Part shown: positions 41,287 through 64,000 of the stretch, one piece after another | Position numbering within the stretch: the first letter of the stretch is position 1 | Layout: every line of letters starts with the position of its first letter | NCBI GenBank assembly: GCA_039096225.1 | Contig: JBBPEB010000030.1 | Span: forward strand, 868,001-932,000 | DNA from: Blastocystis sp. Blastoise | Lineage: Eukaryota; Protista; Bigyra: Opalinata | Reading direction: 5' to 3' | DNA: 64,000 bases | Made by a program: the position numbers and the translations under genes | Notes under the pieces: model-generated | The model's input: only the letters and a program-made list of their open reading frames with translations | What the model was told of the DNA's origin: nothing | Database searches by the model: none

Positions 41287-44200
41287 CTAATTCTTTTCTT
41301 CTTCGATTTCGACAAGAAGATCACCAGTTTCCATCTTTTCACCCTTGACAGCAAGAATTCTCTTTAAAGTACCATTACAAGGAGCAGAGACGATAGTTTC
41401 CATCTTAGCAGCCGATAAGATGACAAGAGATTGACCAGCTTTAACTTTTTGGCCAGGTTTACAAGTGATTTCAACAACAGCACCAGTCATAGGAGAACCA
41501 ACAGATCCAGCTTTATCAGTAGCTTTTTCATTGACTTTAATAGTAACACCAGATTTAGTATCTTTAACAATAACAGATCTAGCTAAACCATTAAGAGTGA
41601 AATTAACTTCTCTTTCTCCTTTTTTATTAACTTCAGATAATCCTTTATAGTTAATATACATATCTTTACCATTTTCAATAGTAACACAAGTTTCTTCACC
41701 AACAGTCATAGGTCTTAAGAAATAACGAGTAGGTATTTTAGAGACATCACCATATTGTTTTTCATAAGTCATCCAATCATCAAAGACACGAGGATATAAG
41801 GCATAAGAGATAACATCAGTATCTTGAATACGATCCTTACCATATTTAGCTTGTAATTTAGCTTTAGTACCTTCTAAATCATAAGGAGGCATTTCAGCAC
41901 CAGGTCTACCAGTTAATCTATCTTTACCATTAGGTAATTTCTTACCTTTAATGATTTTACTTCTAACTTCTTCATTAAAACCCCAAGGTTCAGGAATACC
42001 TAAATAACCTTGGAAATATTCAACTACAGAAGTAGGGAAGTTTAATTCATCAGCTTTAGCAAGAACATCTTGTTTAGTTAATTTATTTTGGACCATAAAA
42101 TTAGCGAAATCACCGACAACTTTAGAAGAAGGAGTAACTTTAATAATATCACCACATAAATCATTAGCATCTTCATAAGCTTTTTTAACAAGAGGCCATT
42201 GACCAGTAAGACCTAATTGTTGAGATTGATACATAAGATTCGTATATTGACCACCAGGCATTTCATGATCATAAACATCAGAAGAACCACTCTTTTGACC
42301 ACATTCAAAAGGAGCATAAACACCACGAACATCACTCCAATAATCATTAATTTGAGTAAGTTTATTATGATCAATACCAGTATCTAAAGGAGTACCTCTA
42401 AGAGAAGAAACAACAGCACCCATAGAAGGTTGAGAAGTCATACCAGACATAGAATCAATAGCTACATCAACAGCATCAGCACCAGCTTCACCACAAGCAA
42501 TCATAGAAGTAACACCAGTACCAGCAGTATCATGAGTATGAATATGAATAGGTAAATTAGGATATTCTTTACGAATACTACTAACTAATAATCTAGCAGA
42601 TTGAGGAGTTAATAAACCAGCCATATCTTTAATAGCTAAAACATGAATACCTAAATCAACTAATTTTCTAGTAGTTTCAAGATAATAATCAATAGTATAT
42701 TTCTTTTCATTAGGATTAGCACAATCACCAGTATAACAAAGAGTAGCTTCAATAATACCACCAGCAGAACCAACACAATCAATACCTAATCTCATATTTT
42801 CAATATAATTTAAAGAATCAAAGACTCTGAAAACATCCATACCAGTCTTAACAGCTAAATCACAGAATTTATAATTAACATTATCAGGATAAGCAGAATA
42901 ACCAACAGCATTAGCACCTCTTAATAACATTTGGAAAGGAATATTAGGAACTTGTTCTCTCATAAGAGCTAATCTTTCCCAAGGATCTTCATGTAAGAAT
43001 CTCATAGCTACATCAAAAGTAGCACCTCCCCAACATTCTAAAGAATATAAATTATTAAAAGCATGAGCAGTATAAGGAGCAATAGCTAAGATATCTCTAG
43101 TTCTCATTCTAGTAGCAAGTAAAGATTGATGAGCATCTCTCCATGTAGTATCAGTTAATAATAATCCTTTATGATCACGAACAGCTTTAGCAAAGCCTTT
43201 TGGACCATCTTCTAAAAAGATTTGTCTAAAACCTCTAGGAATAGGTTCATTAGGAGTAGTAGGAATTAAAGGTTCAGTCTTAGCAGGAGCAGGACCAGTA
43301 GCACCTAATTCAGAAGGATGACCATTAACAATTAAATTACCTAAATATTGAAGAGTTTTTTGACCTCGGTTCTTACTAGGACGAGGATCTAATAAATCAG
43401 GATTTTGAGCAATGAAGAAAGTAGTAGCTTTACCTTCTAAATATTGTTCTTTTTCTAAAAGATTTAATAAGAAAGGAACATTAGTATTAACACCACGAAC
43501 TCTATATTCAGTAAGAGCACGATGAAGTTTATTAACAGCATCTTGATAAGTAGCACCTCTACAAGTTAATTTAACAAGTAAAGAATCATAATGAGGAGTA
43601 ATTTCTAAACCTTGATAACCAACACCATCTAAACGTACACCTTGACCAGTAGCTTCACGATAAGCAGTAATAACACCAGTATCAGGTTGGAAATTATTAG
43701 AAGGATTTTCTGTAGTAATACGAGCTTGAATAGCATAACCACGAGTTTTAATCTTATCTTGAGTAAGACCTAAATCATTAAGAGTATAACCAGCAGCTAT
43801 CTTTAATTGAGTTTGAACAATATCAATACCAGTAACTTCTTCAGTAACAGTATGTTCGACTTGAACACGAGGATTAACTTCCATAAAATAGAATCTACCT
43901 TGTTTATCAACAAGGAATTCTACAGTACCAGCATTACGATATTTAAGTGTTTTACAAAGATAAACAGCAGCATCAGCTATCTTATCACGAAGTTGAGGAT
44001 CTAAATGATAAGCAGGAGCATTTTCAATAACTTTTTGATGTCTTCTTTGAACAGAACAATCACGTTCAAATAAATGAATAACGTTACCAGTACCATCACC
44101 AAGAACTTGAATTTCAATATGTCTAGGTTCAGCAACATATCTTTCAATGAAAACAGTACCATTACCAAAAGCAGCTAAAGCTTCACGACTAGCTAAACTG

Positions 44201-44814
44201 AAATTATCCTTAAGATCTTCCATCTTATTAACAACTCTCATACCTTTACCACCACCACCAAAAGCAGCTTTAATAATAATAGGGAAACCAATCTTATCAC
44301 AAATCTTTTTAGCTTCTTCATAAGTACCAATAGGACCAGGAGTACCAGGAACAACAGGAATATTATGCTTAATAGCATGTTCACGAGCAGTAGTCTTATC
44401 AGCAAACATTCTTAGATTATCAACAGTAGGACCTACAAAAGCCATTCCAGCTTTTTCAACAGCATCAGCAAAAGCAGCATTTTCAGAAAGGAAACCATAA
44501 CCAGGATGGACAGCAGATACACCATTTTCCTTAGCGATCTTTACAATGTAATTAATATCTAAATATTGAGCAATAGGACTCTTCTTACGATCAAGAAGGA
44601 AAGATTGATCAGCTTTAGTACGATGTAAACCGAAACGATCTTCATAAGAATAAATACCAACAGTAGGAATACCTAATTCTTGAGAAGCTCTCATAATACG
44701 TAAAGCAATTTCACCACGATTAGCAGCCATTACCTTCTTAAAAGGTAGTTTTATTGATGTAGAAGCATTTCGAATAAGAGTATTATGCTTAACTATTTTG
44801 ATTGAAGATAACAT
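41287..44814 (-). CDS. PYC: Pyruvate carboxylase, single exon, with N-terminal mitochondrial/MRO-type presequence
   Basis: 1175-aa ORF: ANRGEIA, HPGYGFLSEN, GGGGKGMR, RDCSVQRRHQK (biotin carboxylase); DTTWRDAHQSLLATR, WGGATFD, HIHTHDT, HEMPGGQYTNL (carboxyltransferase); C-terminal biotinyl domain. The leader MLSSIKIVKHNTLIRNAS is basic and has no acidic residues. Confidence 0.98.
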   Translation of the reverse strand: MLSSIKIVKHNTLIRNASTSIKLPFKKVMAANRGEIALRIMRASQELGIPTVGIYSYEDRFGLHRTKADQSFLLDRKKSPIAQYLDINYIVKIAKENGVSAVHPGYGFLSENAAFADAVEKAGMAFVGPTVDNLRMFADKTTAREHAIKHNIPVVPGTPGPIGTYEEAKKICDKIGFPIIIKAAFGGGGKGMRVVNKMEDLKDNFSLASREALAAFGNGTVFIERYVAEPRHIEIQVLGDGTGNVIHLFERDCSVQRRHQKVIENAPAYHLDPQLRDKIADAAVYLCKTLKYRNAGTVEFLVDKQGRFYFMEVNPRVQVEHTVTEEVTGIDIVQTQLKIAAGYTLNDLGLTQDKIKTRGYAIQARITTENPSNNFQPDTGVITAYREATGQGVRLDGVGYQGLEITPHYDSLLVKLTCRGATYQDAVNKLHRALTEYRVRGVNTNVPFLLNLLEKEQYLEGKATTFFIAQNPDLLDPRPSKNRGQKTLQYLGNLIVNGHPSELGATGPAPAKTEPLIPTTPNEPIPRGFRQIFLEDGPKGFAKAVRDHKGLLLTDTTWRDAHQSLLATRMRTRDILAIAPYTAHAFNNLYSLECWGGATFDVAMRFLHEDPWERLALMREQVPNIPFQMLLRGANAVGYSAYPDNVNYKFCDLAVKTGMDVFRVFDSLNYIENMRLGIDCVGSAGGIIEATLCYTGDCANPNEKKYTIDYYLETTRKLVDLGIHVLAIKDMAGLLTPQSARLLVSSIRKEYPNLPIHIHTHDTAGTGVTSMIACGEAGADAVDVAIDSMSGMTSQPSMGAVVSSLRGTPLDTGIDHNKLTQINDYWSDVRGVYAPFECGQKSGSSDVYDHEMPGGQYTNLMYQSQQLGLTGQWPLVKKAYEDANDLCGDIIKVTPSSKVVGDFANFMVQNKLTKQDVLAKADELNFPTSVVEYFQGYLGIPEPWGFNEEVRSKIIKGKKLPNGKDRLTGRPGAEMPPYDLEGTKAKLQAKYGKDRIQDTDVISYALYPRVFDDWMTYEKQYGDVSKIPTRYFLRPMTVGEETCVTIENGKDMYINYKGLSEVNKKGEREVNFTLNGLARSVIVKDTKSGVTIKVNEKATDKAGSVGSPMTGAVVEITCKPGQKVKAGQSLVILSAAKMETIVSAPCNGTLKRILAVKGEKMETGDLLVEIEEEKN

Positions 44815-44998
44815 AATTTTTTTTTATCACTTTTTATTGAGAACGAATAAAATAATTATAATTAGAAAATCAAAAACAAAAAAAATCCAGTCTTTTCCTA
44901 ATCTATCTTCTGTAAGCAATCTTTTGAAACTTCTGTGAATAATTGGATAAAACCAAGAATATAGCCTGTCTAAGACTTTGCTCCAATTTGTTTTTGGT

Positions 44999-45402
44999 CA
45001 GCCAATCAGATATGAAACACCTAATGACGAACCATTTGTCAAATGAGAAACGAAAAATGAACAAAAAAAGAGATAAGGGTACATCTTTCTCTTTTTTGGT
45101 ATATTCTTAATTTCTTAGGCAATAAAAATAGTCTTTTTCCATACTTTTGTATATATATCATGTTCTCTTTATTCTAATTCAAAGGAATATTTGAAATAAT
45201 CTATTCTATTCACATTAACTGAATACGAAGATTTCTTGTTCTTTTCTATTAAAATAGGGTACCTGAGAAACAATAATTAAATATCCATGAAATTCTCTGT
45301 TTTTATAGGGAAAAACTTCATTTTATCTTCTTTTTTGGGAAACGGGAGATATATCCCCGATCTCAAATGACGCATTTTTGAAGTAATAACTCTGATTGGT
45401 TA
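44999..45402. promoter_or_regulatory. CCAAT-box-like elements upstream of pyruvate carboxylase
   Basis: CAGCCAATCAGA at ~44999-45010 and TCTGATTGG at ~45391-45399; similar GATTGGCT and CAGCCAAT occur at 13658-13695 upstream of the GST. Confidence 0.4.
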
Positions 45403-46244
45403 TTCCGCAATGACATTTCCTACAACTAATAGTGTCTTCCTCGTTTCTTATTGGAGTAATCCTAAAAAACACTGATTATGAATTGGACTTTGAAGATCTT
45501 TGATGACACATTATTGAACAACCTTCTTTTTATCGTTATTTCGCTTTTCTCATAATTATCCCAACAAATTGACTACAAAAACAAAAATTTCAATAGTAAT
45601 AAAATAGATTGTTTTAATCGTTGTTTTATCTTTGTAAAGACTTCTCCTTTTTCCTTGGTTTATCTTTTTCTTTGATATAAACCTCTTAGTTTCTACTATA
45701 TCTATTATCAAGACTTGTTTACATAGATCTCAATATTCAAAGAGAACGTAAAACATATCATTTTGAGTTTTTTGGTTGTTTTTTATACTTTCAATTGTTT
45801 TTTTAAATATATAATAAATAAATAAATAATAATAAAAGTCACCTTTAAGTTTATAAACTGATTTTATACGAAAAACGTTAGAATCACACTTTCAAAAATT
45901 TGTAAAACAAAATATGAAATATTGTCTGAAAGGATTTTTTATGTAAACAAGCTTATAGAATAAGAATATGAGCATGAAAATCAATGATTGAGCATCTTTA
46001 ATACAAAACAATGCTTAATGAAAAATATAAATAAAATGGGTTATAATAATAATATCATCAAGAAAATATATATCTATATGTCTTGATGTGAAATACATCA
46101 ATAAAAGAAGAAAAAATAAAAACAAAAAGTGTGACAATTGTTGATAACCTTTTTAAAAAAGAGACAAAGGCTAGAACATTACAATGGTCATCATAGAATA
46201 GATAAAATTATGATATAAATAAATTTATGGATTATGATCAAACA

Positions 46245-60187
<13,943 letters not shown>

Positions 60188-60410
60188 GAGTTAGCACGGA
60201 ATCAATATATATATATTCTTTATTTTAACAATATATATAGGAATTTGAAGTGAGAAACTTTTTTTGATGAATTCTCGTAATTTAGTTAAACTAACTGTCT
60301 TTTCCTAAATAAACAAGGGGAAATGAATGACAGACTTTTGTCACAGTTATTTTACAGACTTTATTTATATCTATATATTATCCTATTGTATAAAAGGAAG
60401 AGGTTTATCG

Positions 60411-63119
60411 ATGAATCTGGCTTTAGTATCAATTATTGTGATCTTTTTTGGAATTTTGAGTAGTTTTCTGGTTCAATTTGTAGGTCATTTAACTGATTCA
60501 TCTATTAATTTCATCTACTCTTTATAGATCTTTCTGAAAAACACGAAAATATTTGTATGCTTGAATATTTTATTAAGCTAGAAATTGTTAATGACATTAT
60601 TGTTTTTTTCTTTAATTCTTTTGTTACAATTTTATTCTTATCTTAGAGACCGCGAACAGCTCCAGAAGATTTTCATAAAACCATGGGCAATATGAGTAAA
60701 TATGTTTTTATTGTTTTACTATAATTATCATTGTTTATTTTAGTTAACTTTGCAAGCTATTTTGATAGATCTGAAGAAGAGATTAATAAAGGATCCTATT
60801 GTATGTTTTATATTTTTATTATTATTATGGAATATTTAATGATTATTTTTGTACTATTTTTTTTTTATCAATAGCACTTGGAAGTATACAGAAAGAATTT
60901 GTTAAAGATTCCAATAGAATCAGTCGTTATTCAGATAAGATGGTAAAGAAATTTCAGAATTACTTAAAGACCGTTGTTGGTTCTTCCGAGCCAAAAGGAA
61001 TGGTAATGGAAGAAGAAGAAGAAGAAGAAATAAAACCTGTGATTATTAGTATATATATATTGTTTTATGTTAATATATATATTATTTTTATATTTATGAT
61101 AATTTTTTAATGTATTATTTATATATTATTTATATATTTATGATAATTTTTTAATGTATTATTTATATATTATTTATATATTATTTTTATAGAAAATTCG
61201 AAATCAAAGAAAAATAATAAAAAGGTACTATTATTTTTAAAACTGTTAATAATTATTAACAATATTTTTAGCTATAATAATAATCGATTATAATGATTAT
61301 ATATATAGAAATATCCTCCTCGTCCTGTGGATATGATACAGGGTACTGTGTTTAGTGGTTCAATAGAGGATACAGATATAAAAGGAAGTGTATCTACTGA
61401 AAGTATATCTACTGACGATGGTATACAAGGTACAGTAGAGAAAGAAATGAAAGTAGAAGATACAAGTATAAAGGGACAAGTAACACAAGACAATCTAGAT
61501 GTTCAAGGAATAGTTGTAGAAGAAGAAGAAAAAACACCTATAGCTGCTATAAATACTACATTATTTACTCAAGTGTATAGTGATAACAATCATAAATTGA
61601 ATATATATACAGAAATACTTCAAAATACATTTCGTCTCCAACCTGAAAGAATTATAGAGTATATTATATACTATTATATGCTATTATATAATAGTATATA
61701 CTATTATATACTATTATATTATGTATATAGAAAAGATATGAAACCTCTTTTAGTGTTATTTACATACATACCTGTTGCTAGAGTATATATATATAATAAT
61801 AATAATACTATACTAATACTGTATAGAATACAACTGAGTTACAAAGTCAGAAAGATGCTTTATTACAGTTATCTAATCTCTATCCATATATACAAACACA
61901 TGTATATACACATTCCTTTGAAATATCTAAATTCGTTAAACAAAATCATATGATTCCTCATACTACTTATCAGTATATTATTATATTATTATTATACTTA
62001 TTATAATACTTATTATTGTATATAGGCGTAATAAATCAGACTCTCCATTTTTCTTCAAATTACTCCGTCCTATACTGAATAAAAAGGCATATTTCTACGG
62101 TTATATTAGTGAACAATTACTAGTTCATTCTTCTCTTATTCCTCTTCTTATGTCTATTTCTAAGAAAATTGAAATGAAAGAACTTACTGATGAAGTATAT
62201 ATTATTTATATTATATATATTATTTATATTATATATATTATATATATTATATATATTATTTATATTATATATATTATATATATTATATATATTATTATAT
62301 TATATATATTATTTATATATATTATTATATTATATATATTATAAATATTATATATATGTTTATTAAAGGTATTTATGACTGGAAAAAGTTATTCTATTTA
62401 TAATACAATAGAGAACTATATGGAGAGAAATGTAATGGAAACTGATATGTTTATAGAAAAGAATACTCTATTCACTTCTCCTCATCCTCTTCTACCCGCT
62501 GTATCTATTATTATTTTATTATATTATTAAATTCATATCATTTTATTATATTTATATTATTTTATTATATTTTATTTATCATATTTATATTATTTTATTA
62601 TATTTATTATATTTTAATTAATTTCTTTATCTATATCTATATAGGAATATTTCTTCTTTACTTCTTCTGTATTTCAAAAATCAGAATTATTAAGTTTAGT
62701 AGTGAATCGTCCTGGACTTCAAGAGTATCTCTTGAATATAATGCATCAAAGAGAAGAAGTCACCACTATCGATCTAACGCATTCACGTATATATAGAAGA
62801 ATACTATTATTATTTTGATATATCAGTCTTTTTTAATGCTTATTTATATACATATATTTTAATTGTTTTCTCTAGTGATGACAATCTCATTAATCCCCGC
62901 GGAACTTCGATATAATACGTATTATAAATCTTATGATTCCAAATGGAATTTCCAAAAAATGGGAAAAAACATTAAAGATGGATATATACATCTTGCAGAT
63001 TCAGTTCTATGTATATATTGTTCTAATTATTCTATTATAATTATTTATGTTATTATTATTATTATTATTATATATGTTATTATTTTATATAATTATAAAT
63101 AGGATATGATAATAGTAAA

Positions 63120-63184
<65 letters not shown>

Positions 63185-64000
63185 TATGAATCAAGAATCT
63201 AGGTATATTTATTCCCGTGGAAGTTTATATGATGATTTTATTACTGCGGTTCCTCTTTCTTTCTTAGAGAAATATATACCATCTCACTCTAGTATATATA
63301 TATATATTCTTGTATATAGACATAATTTATTATGCTATTATTATACTCTCTATAGATTGTATATATTATGCACATGGTTATGTATATGGCACTCTTCTCT
63401 CCCTATGTTCCAATCTCTATTCTTATTACTATACACAAGACTATTATCAATATATAAGAAATAATACAAATACTAGTAGTCAAAAGGGAAACAAGAACTA
63501 TGATCATTTCGATTTCTCTACGTATATTTATTTATTTGTTTTTTATTTATTTATTTTTTTTTTTTTTCTATTTATTTGTTTATATATATATTTATATATT
63601 ATATATATTAATTAATTAATTTATTTATTTATTTATTATTAATATTAGGATATATATAATTATATATATATACTCATAGTTCTGCCAAAATGAATGAGCC
63701 TGGATTATGTTCCCATTTCCGTGATTATATTCAACTTCCGTTTCGCGACCAAAAGAGGAAAATTATTCCATATTTCAACGTTCTATTTATTGACGGACCC
63801 TGCGTCATACATACTCTTCATTATATATCCTCTATACTCTCCTATATATATATATATACACTCAATTCTATATCTATTTATAATTTAACATATATATATA
63901 TATATTTCTATATATATATGTTTCTTTCATTCTACTACCTCTCACATCAATCGCCAATGTTCACTATTTTTGTCAAAGGACTGGATCTCATTGAAAACCG
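60411..64000 (+). CDS. Type II membrane protein with a glycosyltransferase-like (GT-A-like) domain and a possible C-terminal methyltransferase-like domain; runs off the window
   Basis: ATG 60411 MNLALVSIIVIFFGILSSFLVQF (signal anchor), then an acidic stem. Spliced motifs RNKSDSPFF..AYFYGYISEQLLV..VFMTGK..EYFFFT..LVVNRPGLQEYLL..TIDLTHSL follow, and later HFRDYIQLPF..FNVLFIDGPCV. Family assignment is from remembered motif order only. Confidence 0.55.

Overview
Very AT-rich, intron-rich eukaryotic (protist) nuclear DNA with GT-AG introns filled with (TA)n/(TTA)n microsatellites; most short ORFs in the supplied track are intronic or antisense artefacts. By inference it resembles an anaerobic stramenopile of the Blastocystis/Proteromonas type, but this is unproven. 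Intact genes: an SH3-PX-like-SH3-villin-headpiece protein, a sigma-like glutathione S-transferase, a LolD/MacB-type ABC ATPase, a ~3,200-aa secreted multi-lectin/Ig-like mosaic protein, nucleoporin Nup155, an intronless mitochondrion-targeted pyruvate carboxylase with an unusual AAKM biotin motif, a ~14-kb filamin-Ig plus Cys-repeat type I membrane protein, and a type II membrane glycosyltransferase-like protein running off the right edge. The most striking pattern lies in the left 20 kb. Five loci there, including a MYBBP1A/Pol5 copy, largely keep their reading frame and splice structure but carry nonsense codons and a splice lesion that are nearly all explicable as C>T/G>A changes. They are interleaved with fully intact genes, which suggests locus-restricted cytosine hypermutation (RIP-like) of duplicated genes, or simple AT-biased decay. 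A 13-bp GC-rich motif is shared in the same orientation upstream of the GST and the ABC ATPase.
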